The notes under the pieces: generated by a model | Told to the model about the DNA's origin: nothing | The model's database searches: none | Seen by the model: only the letters and a program-made list of their open reading frames with translations | Origin: Podarcis filfolensis | Lineage: Eukaryota | Assembly: GCA_964270895.1 (NCBI GenBank) | Contig: OZ185445.1 | Length of the DNA: 64,000 bases | Direction: 5' to 3' (one strand) | Position numbers and translations under genes: made by a program | In this document: positions 23,901-35,333 of the stretch, one piece after another | Numbering within the stretch: position 1 is the stretch's first letter | How the letters are laid out: every line of letters starts with the position of its first letter

Positions 23901-26900
23901 TAGCCACTGATTCTATACTCTGTCAGTCCACTATACTCTGTCAGTCCAGTCCTTATCATAGGTCATCTACCAAGTTGTCTGTAAGCCAAGTCAGAGGCAG
24001 ATTGGAATTAATCCAGAATGAATGAATGGATGATGGTAGGTAAGTAGGTAGATATGGATAAAGTTGCAGAAACCAGGGATGCCAATACCTCACGGAGTTT
24101 AGAAGTGGGGAACCTTATCTGGGTCCTCTCCTGGTAACTTTAAAAATAACCAAGTGAAGAGTTTTGATTTGGAAGTTTGGCTTTTAGGGTAGAAACCCCA
24201 GAACAGCATTATAGAAAATACCTTCTGAGGAGTGAGGTGTCTGTACATAGAGGAATCAGGTACCATAAGGATATGGGGTTCCTGTGCCTTTTAACAGCTA
24301 CATAATGAGCAAAAAATGAAGACATGAAGTTTTCCTAGCATGAACTTGCAGAGATGAAGGTAGTGGCATCTGCTGAATTTCTGCCTGTTCCACATCTGTC
24401 AAAGGTATAGTTGCCCAGTCATAAAGTCGTGAAGATACGGCAGGTAGCAAACGTAGAGTTAAACAGTAGCTACTCCACAGGTGACCCTTGTTGAAAACAT
24501 AGCTAAATTTCAGCATGGTTCCAGAGGTGAAGGTGCAGAGTGCTACTGCTTGCTTCTGAAACTGCAGGTGCTCCTCTCATCTCTTGCTCTCTTGTTTCCG
24601 GGAGGAGCAGGGAAGGAGCAAAGCACCTCTGTTTTTAGTAACATGCACAAGTATTTCCATATACGTCACTATGATTTAAAGGTGAAACTCTTGCATTAAA
24701 GTGGCATGCAAACAAATTATTTAATAAGAATAATTTAAGTCTATTTGCAGTCTGTCTTGATTTCAGGGTCAGAATCGCTGATATGCAAATGAAAAGATTT
24801 TATTTATTTGTCGCGTATATAAAACCTGATAATTGATATGCTTTGCTCCTTTAATTAGAAAGCTTAGCCAGCAATTGATAGTGTAATTGCTTGCAGCTTA
24901 TTTGCCATTGGCTGACTTCCTTCCAACTGCAGAAGCTGGGAAAGAGCAGCATTTCTTAATTAAAGCTTGTGGAATTTAAAACTGCTAATTTTGAAATGCA
25001 TCATTATATTAAAGAGTATGATCGTGACCTATATGACACTCTGGTATAAAAATAACTTTTGTGGGAGAGGTTTTTTCCATGCTACTGTAAAATCCTTTTA
25101 CCTGATCAAAATGTGGAAGCGTCTGTAGACATAGGAAAGAAAAAGTGGGATGAGTAAGCTGGGTTCTTCCACTGAAGTAAACTTTGGGGTTTGCTTATAT
25201 GGACGCAAGTTAATAACTTTACTTTCGAATTACTCAGAAACAGGTAGTACTTAGTGTTGATGAAGGAGTTTGATAAATCTCCCTTTAGTATTTATTCTTT
25301 TTTCAAACAGGTCCTCAAACCGCTAGATGTGAAAACAAAGTTCTACAATGCTGAGGTAAATGCAGAATATTGTATTTAGTGCTTGGTGTCCAAAATTCTG
25401 AACAGGCTCTTAGTGAAAACTTGTTATATTGGGAATTAAAATGGTGGTTCTTTTTCAGGATTATAGATCTAGATCTCCCATTTGAGATATAATAGGCCCA
25501 TTTCATTATCTGTTCTGTTAAACCCAGACAAATAAACAGAACTTTCTCACCTGGCAAAGCATTTTTAAATTATTCCTTTCTACATAATATTAATCTTTTG
25601 TCTTTTAGAATTGACAGGTGTTGGCAGTTTGAACTTACACACTTTTTATTAGCTGGAATAGCCACAAAATAGAAAAAGACAAAAATCTGAGGAGATAAAC
25701 TTAGGAAAATAGAGCTGAAAGGATTGTTTGAAAACTAGGTGAAGGAGTGAATTTGTTTAACTGTACTTACAGTATTTTATTTTTAAAAAAATAATAAACC
25801 AAGTTGTATGTTAAAAGCTACTAAGAAACTACAAAATACCCCAAAGGGCATGCTAACAGTGGAACAGAGTCCATCAGAAAGTGGTGGTCTCTCCTTCCTT
25901 GGAGGTTTGTAAGCAGAGCTTGAATGGCCCTCTGTCAGGGATGCTTTAGTTGAGATTCCTGCATTGCAGGGAGTTGAACTGGGTAACCCTCAGTTTCCCG
26001 TCCAACTCTACAGTTCTATGATTCTGGCATAAAATTTCTGTATGCCAGCTATAGAAAATGGCTGCCTAGCTATTACATCTTTGGAAAAATATAATGATCT
26101 TGCCCTCTTTCCTGGCCGAGGGTGAGGAAAACAGGTGAGTACAAATCTACACCTTGCTCTCCTTCTCACTTTAATCTCTCCATTTGTCATTGCCATCACC
26201 ATTTGGGGAAAATGTGGCTGCATATTTAGTTATAATCCATTTTAAAAATATTTGTTTCATTATCAACTGGATAAACTTGTGGTTCAGATTTAGTCAAAAA
26301 GGCAGCTACCTTACTTAACATTATTGATGTTAAGTAAACTAATACTAGGTGATATGCCAGAGTAGAATTACTTATCAGGTCTGTGTGACAGTAATGCAGC
26401 GGGTGCGGATTTCCCCATCACTGCATCTCCATCCTGAGATAGCTGCAACTTGATGAATTATAGAAAGACCTTTGGGTCTTAAAGGCACAGTGCCTCTGAC
26501 AGAGATGCTCTGCAAGTGCACTTGTGCCCGTGATGGGGTTGGTAATTCCCTGAGTTGTTGGCCAAACAATATTTAAAGATACCTAGCATAAAGGGGGTGG
26601 GGGGATTGATAAATGTAAAGGTTGTTATGGTACCGAATTAAGCTTTTGAAGAAAGGCAATTCATTGGGAGGTGCATTTTAGCACTTGTCGTTTTCCAATG
26701 GTGCTTTCAATTTTCTTGTAGCTTGTTAATTACAATGGGAGCTTTTGTTATAGGATGATGTATAAATACATGCAGTTAATATGCAGACTGGCTCAATTTA
26801 AAACCCGAGAGTCATCAGTAAACAGGTTTCCTTCCCATATTTAAGACATTGTGCATTAATAGAATATTTGTAAGATTAACGGGTCCTCAGTTTCCCCCCC

Positions 26901-29900
26901 ATATGGAAGTATTCAGCCAAGTAATGGACTTCTTCTGTGAGCATGAACTGGTTTACCATTGTGTTCATTGTGCACTCCCTGTGTTTGCCATTTCACATAA
27001 TTTATTTCTTCATTATACCATATGCTGACATGGTCTTATTTCGAAATAAGATTTCTTAGTAGTGAGCCTTTCATTTTTATTGCCAGTTTACATTTCTCTC
27101 TTACTAATGCTGTCTTGTTTAGAAAGTACCAAAAAAAATGCAGAAAGGTGCATTTTATTTGAAACTTAGTTGTCCTCCTTTTTTTCTTTAACATTTAACC
27201 CTAATTTCTCTAATGTTTTCTTTTTTATTTTCCCATTAGAGTGACCTCAGTTCTGTGGTAATTTTATTTATTATTTATAAATATGTATGCTTGTCTTCTG
27301 TTTGTCTTTCTGCCTGTTACTAACATTATTTGGAAAACATAATGGAAAAGCAATGTTTGTACACATGGATATTGGCTTGTTTCCCCTTTCTCCCCATACT
27401 AGCTCTCTCCTTGCATCCATTGTTTAACAGTATTTTGCAGTTCAGACTTCTGTACTGAATAAATATTTCAGTAAACTACTGTGACTAGGAAATTAATTGT
27501 TGACCACAGAGCAACAATGATATTCCTAGAGGCGTAATGTTGAGGCTACAAAAGCACATGGGCCGGGCTATTTTTTTTGCAATTTCTGTTGGGAGCACAA
27601 CATGTTTCATTGGGCAAAAATTCAGTTTTCTGCAAATCTTATGAAACATTTGTTTTATTTATTTACATAAGAACAGCTCTGCTGGACCAGACCAAAGTTC
27701 AGCATTCTGTTCTCACAGTGCCCAGCCAGATGCCTATGAAAAGCCCCCAAGTAGGACATGAACATGATAGTACTTTCTCAGCTGTGAACCTCAGCAACTC
27801 ATATTCGGAGGTCTGTTGTCTCTGATGCTGAAAGTCTGATTTGTCATGAGTGACTAGAGTGGGGTGTCATGGTCTGGAATAGTTCTGGGCCTGTCTGATG
27901 ATTCACAAAGCCAGAATGAGTTATGCAAAAAGAAAATTAAAGTTGTATAAGAAATTGCATTAAATTGAAGGTATTGGGTTGGAGGCCAATCTATCCTTCT
28001 GCATGCAGAAAGATTTTTCATTCCCAGAAGGGCTTTTACAGTACAGGCTAGAATGTCATGTGAACAAGTGAAATGAAATTCAGTGGCTATAAAATCTCTT
28101 ACACAAGCCTAGTATTAGATTTGTTCATCACTTCCACATCTAAGGAAGTCTCAAGTTTACTTATAACCAAAGCAAAATAAAATACATAGCAAATGTATCC
28201 ATTAAGGCAACACTGCATGCTAACCATGTACATCCACAATAGTCTATTGTAAACAAGAATATCTTCTCTCCTCCAGTGAAGTGCGAAGAGCCTACTAGAT
28301 CAAATGCAAGTGTTGCACAAGCAGGAGGCTACCATTGGAAAGACCTGTTATCTCATTGCTACCATCTTAGCATCTCTTAAAGGGGAGCACACAGAGAAGG
28401 ACCTTGGGTTATCTTAAGAGTCCCAAGTAGGTTTATATGTGGAAAGACCATTCTTGAGGGTATGGCCCTCAAAAGCAATTAAAAAAAATCATTTAATTGA
28501 CTAGTATAGCACTTCACAAAATTCTGCTAGTGCCTATTGTCCTTCCAATGTGTTGTGCAAATTTCCTTACATAATTTATATATTTATCACTATTTGGAAT
28601 GCCTGGTATAGTGGTCTTTACCTGGTAGTGTTTCTTGTGTTTGGTGGTATAAAAGTACACAGAGCCTTGCATGTAGGCTTGTTTCATATTAAATCATGGC
28701 AACATTTCTGTTATCTGCTGTTTTTGTGAAGACACTGGATGGGAGGAGAGAGACAAGATATTTCACATCTTTCTTTATATGTTTATTAAAACTTTCTTCA
28801 AATTTATGAATGCATGTGGCAATGATTCTAACGGTGTAATTGCAGTTCAAATCTTAATGTGTGTGCTATAATAATCCAGGAAATTTGCTGTGAAGCGCTC
28901 TGATCGAATCATGCTATTGAGACTAATCATGAGAGTAAGACTAATCAACCCCTGCATCATTGTAAGCTACCTTGCTTTTTCATTATGCTGCTTGGTTTTG
29001 TTTTCTTCCCTCAACTTGGCTCTTGCTAAATTTCTGGTGGTTGCTGTTTTAAAAGACACTGATGGGAAATTTGGAAAACACAAGATGTAAGCAATGGATT
29101 TATGGGATATTCTTTCAGAAGAGTAGAAAAATATTAAATCCCTAGTGCTAGAAGACACGATAGTACCAGTACTTAAGGTTTTTTAAAAAAATTAAAAGCA
29201 AGATAACTGAATTTTATTTGTCATTGGTGTTTTGCTTGAATACATAATACTCCCATCCCTCTAATCTAAGAAGACCAGAAGCTGCTGCTTCTATTTTACA
29301 ACATGCACTACCTTTTTTTAAATACAGATAATAGGCCAAAATTAACCAAAAGTACAGATCTAATAGTGTTAGGTGACATCAGCATAACATAATAACCCCA
29401 GAAAGACAATTTCTAGGACACTAAAGATCAAACCTTTATTCACCTGTTGCTTTCTGGTCTTCTCAGCCACTGACAGGAATTTTTCCGCTGCCAAAGAGAC
29501 TCCAGGAATTTTGTCTAATAGGTAATTTACCTAAAAGTTTGCTGATCTCCCAGCAAAGAGCCTGAAAGGGAGTATTTCTGTCTTAGATTAACCACTGTTT
29601 AAGAATCAGACAATATTCTAAACTGTGGCTAATCTTACAGTGGTTTGAAATGAGCCAGCTTCACAAATTGTGGCTTGCTTTCACTAACTATAGTTAGAAT
29701 CAACGACCGTTGGTCCAGGTTTGCAAAAACAGAAATTAAAGCTGCTGGAGAGGGAAGGAGTAGTAAGTGAGGCTGAGGCTTTCTCCACCTTGTAAAACTA
29801 AGCTAATGTCTGACCCACCCATTGTCTTTTGATGGCCCTCCAAACAACATTGAATGTGAGAGGCTGGAATTGTTTTACAGTTTGCCACCACCAGTCAACA

Positions 29901-32900
29901 TCCAGTTCCAACTCAACTTTTGATAAACAGTGGAAAATAGGTATGGGGCTATCCTGTTTTCAGTTACAAAAACCAAGTATGCCCCTTTTTCTTGATGGGA
30001 TTTTCCATTTTACACAGAGCCTCCACATGCCTGTAATCAGGTATGATGTTGGAGCCTTTGATCGAGTGGCTCCCATCGTTCCTTCCCTGCAGGCATCCCT
30101 TTGATTGTCAGCAGGTTTTGATTGCAGCTTTGAACTGCCAGATACGTCACACTGCTTTGCAGGACTGAGATCTTGCAGAGACATTTAAGCAGATCATGTT
30201 TGTACCATGTCCCCGGTTAAGGGACATGCAGTTGATAATTGCATCAAGTTCTTTAATTATTGAGATGGGAAAGACACTAGGTGTCTTAGAACCAGAAATA
30301 AGGTTGTTGGGGTAGTAGAATATTAAGCTCTGTGCCATTATGAAAGTTTATAGCAGAGACTAGAGCAGTTCTTAGGTCAATGTGAACAGTTTGTGTAGCA
30401 TGCCTCTAAACCCCTGTAACAGTTCATACACTTAAAAAAAACACCTATTAACAATATTTTCTTTGTATGCAGCCTGGTGCATCATTAATCTGGCATGGCA
30501 TGTGTCTGTTGTGCATTGCACTCATTTTACATTTATAAAGTGTTATTTCTTTCCTTTTAAAAGAAAATCTGAATTGATGTGGACCGTTGGAGCTCAGCTT
30601 GCAAGTCCCATTTAGGCCATATAGACGCTACCTTAGAATAGGAAAATACGACAAAGTTTTCCCAAATCCATTGTTCAGCACTATTCCAGTTGACTAACAT
30701 TTTTGCTTCTACTGCTCTCTGTTGGGATAAAGACTTTTCTCGCATTTAATGACTGTTACTTTTGATTTTCAGGCATGAACTAACTGCGTTTGTGGTTTAA
30801 TGTTTTTCAAACACTTGAGATGCTGGAGCATTTTGTCAGTTGAGATTATTTTTTTATTTAGGCGTTTTCTCTGCTCTTTTAGACTGATGAAGTATTTTTG
30901 GAAGCTCAGATTCAGAATATCACAACCTCTCCAATGTTCATGGAGAAGGTGTCACTGGAACCTTCTATTATGTACAACGTAGCAGAATTAAATGCAGTCA
31001 ACCAAGGTGAGGACAGGTAAGGGCCTTATTTGCTTCTTCATACTGTACTGGCTACAGTCACGCATCATGGTGCTTGTATCTTCATGTATCAATAACTGAA
31101 GCTATACGTGCGCTGATGAAGCTGTTCTTGCAAATGGACGCTCTTTGCTGTGGTTCCTTGTATTATGGGCCCAGAGTACAGTCGTACCTTGGTTCTTGAA
31201 CGCCTTGTGACTCGAACGTCTTGGCTCTCAAACCCCGCAAACCCGGAAATACGTGTTCTGGTTTGCAACTTTTTTGGGAAGCTGAATGTCCGACACGGCT
31301 TCTGCGGCTTCCAATTGAGTGCAGGAAGCTCCTGCAGGAAGCCTCACCTTGGTTTTTGAATGTTTTCAGAAGTTGAACAGACTTGCGGAACAGATTATGT
31401 TATACAGGTTTATTTATTATACAGGTACGACTGTATAATTTTGTGTCATACTGCTTACTGCGGTATCTTGATGACCTTGCTACTTTTGCTTTTAATTTAA
31501 AACATTGGCATATACCTCAATTCATTTTCTATGAACTCTCTTAACTATCACCACCATTTGTATCAAAAGATTACTGTAGAATATAGTCCAGTGTAGCATA
31601 GCAAATAGGTGGTCTAGCCAGTTTGAGCCTCCCCCCCCCCAATTCCTATATTCCTCCCTTCCAAACGTTCGCAGAAACATCTTGTTATCTTGCTTGTCTT
31701 TTAATTTTTTTTCTCTGCTAAGCCTGATTTCCTTAAAACTTCTGGAGGCAGGCTACTTTCTTTCTTAACTGAAAAGGCAACCCAAAATTGAATCTGATAG
31801 CCAATTCACTGGATTTTTGTCGAAAAGTCCAATTTTGAGGTACAAGCTAAGGTAAACCTGCCCCTTCTCTTCCAGTGTGTCAACATTTGGTTCAAGAACG
31901 TATCTGCAACCCATGGATACTCGACAGTATCTTTACTGTCTTAAACCAAAGCAAGAGTTTGCAGAGAAAGCTGGCGTTATTAAAGGTGTGACAGTCATTG
32001 GAAAGCTTGATATAGTATGGAAGACAAACTTGGGCGAAAGGGGAAGGTTGCAAACCAGTCAGCTCCAACGAATGGTAAGTATTTTTCAGAAGATTCTCTT
32101 TAAAGACAGAAGGGAAATAGCGAAGAGCCTGTGCAGATACAGCTTACCTCTGAATATCAGGTGCTGGGAGGAAAATTTAGAAATTGTAAAAACAATATTG
32201 GAGTAAATAGACCTTGATGTGATCCATCGGGATTCTTCTCAAGTTCTCATTAATATTACAATTTATAAGACCAGATATATATATATACAGCACTTTTGCT
32301 GGAACATAGAACAGACTGTTTTCAGCGGTACCCACCCCAAATACGGAATTTGATTCCAAGTGAGATCAGGTATATTTCCTTCCTTGCTAGATGTAAATAT
32401 GCCTTGTTTACATCAATTTTTTTCATCAGGGTCTTTGGGGCCAATGCTAATTATTTGGGGGAATGACCATAGCTCAGTGATAGAGCATCTGCTTTGCATG
32501 CAGAAGGCCCCAGACATCACCAGGCACAGCTGTGAACGTCCCGTCTGAAATTTGCTTTTGGTCAGTGTTGACAATACCGCACTAGATTGACCAGTGTCCT
32601 GACTCATTCCAAGGCAGCTCCCTGTTTCACGCTGCTCTTTGAGAACTAGATGGCTTATTTTGTTGTTACGCTGGCTTGTATGTTCCTGGGATGAGACTGC
32701 CATAATTTGTTTTACTACTGAATGTTGTGGATTAATGTTTGTCTGTGGTTGTAAACTGCTTTGCCAAGCAACTCTGCCTAAAAAGTGGTCTAAAACCTGT
32801 TTAATTAAATATCAACATATGGTTAAATAGAATACTTCTTGAAAGCAGTGGCTTGTGTACTCATAAGGAGAAAAGGCTGTAGAGGTTTTACTCAAGAGTA

Positions 32901-34665
32901 GACCTATTGAAATTAATGCACCTAAATCATGTTCTTTAATCTGTGGGTAAAACTTACTTAAATGCTATCCAGAATTGTACTGTAAATCTCAGTTTTTATG
33001 TTTGCTTTCTGAAGATGTTTGAGGTTGCTCCCGTTCATAAAAATCCAAATGAGGACTCCCAAGTACATCAGCATAAACATGAAATTTGTAATGTTACATA
33101 TACTTCTCCAGAATGTCATCCTACGATTCACTTGTGATATTCCTGTGAATTATAACTTCCATCAGTTCTAGCCACAATAGCCCATAGCTGAGGATGGTAG
33201 AAAGTGGAATCCATCTGAAGGGGACCACAATGGCCATTCCTACTCTAGTACTACTGCTTGTCTAGTCTCTCCCCCCCCCCCCCCGTCTCTCTCTTGCTCT
33301 CGGTGTGGGTGTACCTTGCTAAACTTTTAATGCTTTCTTAGGCTCCAGGTTATGGTGATGTCAGGGTTTCATTGGAGACAATTCCGGACACTGTAAACCT
33401 GGAAGAACCGTTTGATATTACATGTAAAATAACAAACTGCAGGTAATGAAATTACTTCCCCTCCTGCCATCTCTATTTTTTAAGAATTGTGTTTTGAACT
33501 GCTTACCGTTTCCAGTCAAAGGGGTAAGTTTTGTAGAGATAATTCACCCAATGTTTTAGATGTATTAAAATACTGTTTGCATTCAAGGTTTTCCTTACTG
33601 CAGGAATATATAATTATTTCTAAGGTGATGGAAATGGTTTGTTTTTTAAATGAACATTCCTAGATATATATATAATTCTGCCCCTCACTTGCTGAGATAC
33701 AGTGGACAAAGTAGATTTTAGAATTCCAAAAATATTTGTGGTTTTTATTGACGGAGAGGAAAGAGAGGCAGTGACCTAGTTGGTCCAATGTGCTGAAAAA
33801 GATGTGTGTATTTGTATTACATAAGGACTTCATTTTTAAACCATTTGAATAATCAGAATTTAAAAGAAATACATGTTTTAATTATCATGCTGGCTCCTGT
33901 TGGGCAATTACTAAGCCGCATGTTTGTTGGAAGCATTAAATGATTTAACCACCGTATGCATCACCCTGAAACCTTTTCTTTCTAACCATAGAAAGAAGGC
34001 CGCAAAGAAAAAGAAAAACACATGAACTGATGTGAACTGGCCCTTAGACAAATTGAGATCTGTGTTAATTTATTATTCTTTTCCATCCAGCAGTGAAAGA
34101 ACCATGGATCTGGTTTTGGAAATGTGCAACACTAATTCCATTCACTGGTGTGGGGTGTCAGGAAGGCAGCTGGGCAAACTGCACCCCACTTCATCCCTAC
34201 ACTTGACACTTACGCTGCTTTCATCTGTGCAGGGACTACAGGTAAGATCTCCCGCTTGGGCATTGCAATCCTACATGGGGTTGGAGGGAGTAGCTGTTGG
34301 ACTTGTGTCTGTAGGGCAAACGGCTGGGGTGTGTTTTCCTTTCCTCTGTTCCCTGTCCTTTCAAGGGCAGGCAACCTTCTCCACCCATGGAGGGAAACTG
34401 AAAAATCTAATTGCCCTGGAATATCTTTCCAAGAATGGCAGCATGGGGTCCTTATAACCTACATAAGGTGATACTGTTAAGTTATAGGGCTCTTACGACC
34501 AGTTCAGAAGCCTGTTACGTTTCACAGTGTCAATCCTTTTTTCTCCCCCTTTCATTTTAGACTGTCTCTGGCTTGAGATTAACAGACACCTTTCTGAAGA
34601 GAACGTACGAGTATGATGATATTGCACAAGTCTGTGTAGTTTCTTCCAAAATAAAAGAAAACTGA
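14872..34665 (+). CDS. TRAPPC13: Trafficking protein particle complex subunit 13; complete spliced CDS of 1251 nt (1254 with proximal NAGNAG AG), 416/417 aa
   Basis: join(+): 14872-14917, 20010-20078, 21129-21228, 22424-22508, 22918-23045, 23481-23553, 25311-25355, 27240-27257, 30883-31016, 31876-32074, 33342-33442, 34094(or 34091)-34241, 34561-34665. All introns GT-AG with consistent phases. Starts [33 protein letters not shown] and ends [26 protein letters not shown]. Confidence 0.97.
16030..16289. mobile_element. Tc1/mariner (pogo/Tigger-like) MITE
   Basis: 27-bp TIRs (CCGTATTTTT(T/C)GCTCTATAAGAC(T/G)CAC, 25/27 match); TA TSD at 16028-16029 and 16290-16291; internal hairpin. Confidence 0.88.
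17665..18405 (+). CDS. SHLD3: Shieldin complex subunit 3 (RINN1), single coding exon of 246 aa, nested in TRAPPC13 intron 1
   Basis: Intronless [11 protein letters not shown]...FIPWFP...PLKPKRIAP...RSWSVSLP...[26 protein letters not shown]...[10 protein letters not shown]...[16 protein letters not shown], matching SHLD3 as recalled. ATG at 17665 in strong Kozak context (AGCATGG); position in TRAPPC13 intron 1 as in mammals. Confidence 0.96.
   Translation: MEVILHYRAWQRDPAALQRITEEALKEFPVRKLPSFIPWFPNDLRQLPLKPKRIAPVISGEEVEQIKQHIAAIETACCSPSYDCTAGLKEFHPDVKAGKCLQAEHERNNFSNLEKQTASSKQKLRRSWSVSLPNSKLKDKILPLSRELQSTLDKLKLHAFYRAQWIIEPSTFGSQTLEDIWVELNKMIKHNELPSCNATIQRCEGQISVFCDILYCEYVANNLREKLNLLGKINLFVHKYGIIHSL
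18874..18879 (+). terminator. Candidate intronic polyadenylation signal for SHLD3
   Basis: AATAAA about 470 nt after the SHLD3 stop, with GT-rich sequence downstream. Confidence 0.4.
19146..19496. mobile_element. Composite non-autonomous DNA transposon carrying an L2 3' end
   Basis: Perfect 10-bp inverted core ACCCTCCAAC / GTTGGAGGGT; internal microsatellite and antisense L2-like tail at about 19262-19370; GGGAC-rich right arm. Confidence 0.65.
19188..19261. repeat. Compound (CCT)n(CTT)n microsatellite
   Basis: Direct reading; lies inside a TIR element. Confidence 0.97.
20010..20078 (+). CDS. TRAPPC13: TRAPPC13 coding exon 2
   Basis: 69 nt, (V)[22 protein letters not shown]. Confidence 0.96.
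21129..21228 (+). CDS. TRAPPC13: TRAPPC13 coding exon 3
   Basis: 100 nt, (G)[32 protein letters not shown]. Confidence 0.96.
21364..21613. mobile_element. hAT (Charlie-like) MITE, 250 bp
   Basis: TIRs CAGGGGTAGGCAA / TTGCTGACCCCTG; 8-bp TSD CTCTTAGA / CTCTTAGG. Confidence 0.88.
21862..22092 (-). mobile_element. CR1-type LINE 3' fragment
   Basis: CTATCTAGTCCACCATCCTCTTTCCCACAGTGACCAATCAGAT...; similar to the copies at 27665 and 50143. Confidence 0.6.
22424..22508 (+). CDS. TRAPPC13: TRAPPC13 coding exon 4
   Basis: 85 nt, [28 protein letters not shown]. Confidence 0.96.
22918..23045 (+). CDS. TRAPPC13: TRAPPC13 coding exon 5
   Basis: 128 nt, [42 protein letters not shown]. Confidence 0.96.
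23481..23553 (+). CDS. TRAPPC13: TRAPPC13 coding exon 6
   Basis: 73 nt, [24 protein letters not shown]. Confidence 0.96.
25311..25355 (+). CDS. TRAPPC13: TRAPPC13 coding exon 7
   Basis: 45 nt, [15 protein letters not shown]. Confidence 0.96.
25855..26025 (+). mobile_element. CR1 LINE 3' end
   Basis: ...GAGATTCCTGCATTGCAGGGAGTTGAACTGG...TCCAACTCTACAGTTCTATGATTCT with a CR1-type ATTCTRTG tail. Confidence 0.8.
27240..27257 (+). CDS. TRAPPC13: TRAPPC13 coding exon 8, 18-nt microexon (SDLSSV)
   Basis: cattag|AGT GAC CTC AGT TCT GTG|gtaatt, phase 0-0, long polypyrimidine tract; same hexapeptide as the human long isoform as recalled. Confidence 0.88.
27665..27832 (-). mobile_element. CR1-type LINE 3' fragment
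   Basis: ACATAAGAACAGCTCTGCTGGACCAGACCAAAG...CAGATGCCTATG. Confidence 0.6.
30883..31016 (+). CDS. TRAPPC13: TRAPPC13 coding exon 9
   Basis: 134 nt, [44 protein letters not shown]. Confidence 0.96.
31179..31433. mobile_element. Tc1/mariner-type MITE, 255 bp
   Basis: Perfect 11-bp TIRs CAGTCGTACCT / AGGTACGACTG; TA TSD on both sides. Confidence 0.85.
31876..32074 (+). CDS. TRAPPC13: TRAPPC13 coding exon 10
   Basis: 199 nt, [66 protein letters not shown]. Confidence 0.97.
32457..32625 (+). mobile_element. tRNA(Ala)-like headed SINE with B-box deleted
   Basis: TAGCTCAGTGATAGAGCATCTGCTTTGCATGCAGAAGG head followed by SINE body and tail. Confidence 0.7.
33342..33442 (+). CDS. TRAPPC13: TRAPPC13 coding exon 11
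   Basis: 101 nt, [33 protein letters not shown]. Confidence 0.96.
34094..34241 (+). CDS. TRAPPC13: TRAPPC13 coding exon 12 (alternative start 34091)
   Basis: cagcag|[59 protein letters not shown]|gtaag. Confidence 0.96.
34561..34665 (+). CDS. TRAPPC13: TRAPPC13 coding exon 13 (last)
   Basis: [37 protein letters not shown] at 34663-34665. Confidence 0.96.
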   Translation, partial: TVSGLRLTDTFLKRTYEYDDIAQVCVVSSKIKEN

Positions 34666-34866
34666 AAGTGAACCCTTTTCGTTTTAATATTTCCTATTTT
34701 GGTTTTTGGACTCAACCCTCTGGCAATTTAGTACAACCATCTGCAATCCAAAAAAGAATTCCTTTATTTAACTGCCCCTTTGGAATTCAATCTGGCATCT
34801 TTGGAATGTTTTTAAAAGACAGTTTATTTGTGAAGAGCCAACCGTATGTATTTTAAACTATTTGGA

Positions 34867-34872
34867 AATAAA
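34867..34872 (+). terminator. Candidate TRAPPC13 polyadenylation signal
   Basis: AATAAA about 200 nt after the stop codon. Confidence 0.5.
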
Positions 34873-35209
34873 GCCCTGAGTCCAATGATGCAGCTGCCCT
34901 AATTATTACTTGCATAACTCATTTAATGATACTTGCAACATGACATGTAATATATGGATAAATGACTCTTAATCTGTATTGAGGAAGAGTGCAAAATATT
35001 CCATGCACGCTGATGTTCATAGGAAAAGCAGTGGCTAATTCCCAATCTCGCACCCTACATTAAAACAGGATTCTCTAGAAATACAGCGTATTTTACAAAT
35101 GCTTTTGGTGGTCATATACTAGGGATTTAATTCACCATGTAATAAGTACAGAGTCTGTGAAGCGCGATTTGGACCATAAGAGCCATTCAAACCGAACATC
35201 CATCTGGTC

Positions 35210-35333
35210 CAGGGATGGGGAACCGTGTTGCTGGACTACAACTCCCATCATCACCAACCAACAGCTATGCTAGCTGGGCTGATAGGTGTTGAAGACCAAC
35301 AACATATGGCAGGTCCCATACTCCCCATCCCTG
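35210..35333. mobile_element. Short hAT-like MITE (GGACTACAACTCCCATCA family)
   Basis: TIRs CAGGGATGGGGA / TCCCCATCCCTG; related degenerate copies at about 47857-47993 and 49230-49370; no TSD recognisable. Confidence 0.6.

Noticed and set aside
23913-23948. Perfect 18-bp tandem duplication (CTATACTCTGTCAGTCCA x2); 11-bp duplication at 8870-8890
   Set aside because: Ordinary slippage-type micro-duplications in introns; two units only, not a CRISPR-like array
29829-30338. Cluster of short ORFs in TRAPPC13 intron 8
   Set aside because: No recognisable domain, splice-consistent chain or repeat signature
32457-32530. tRNA-Ala gene
   Set aside because: D-arm and anticodon resemble tRNA, but the T-arm/B-box is missing and the sequence continues into a SINE body shared with two other copies
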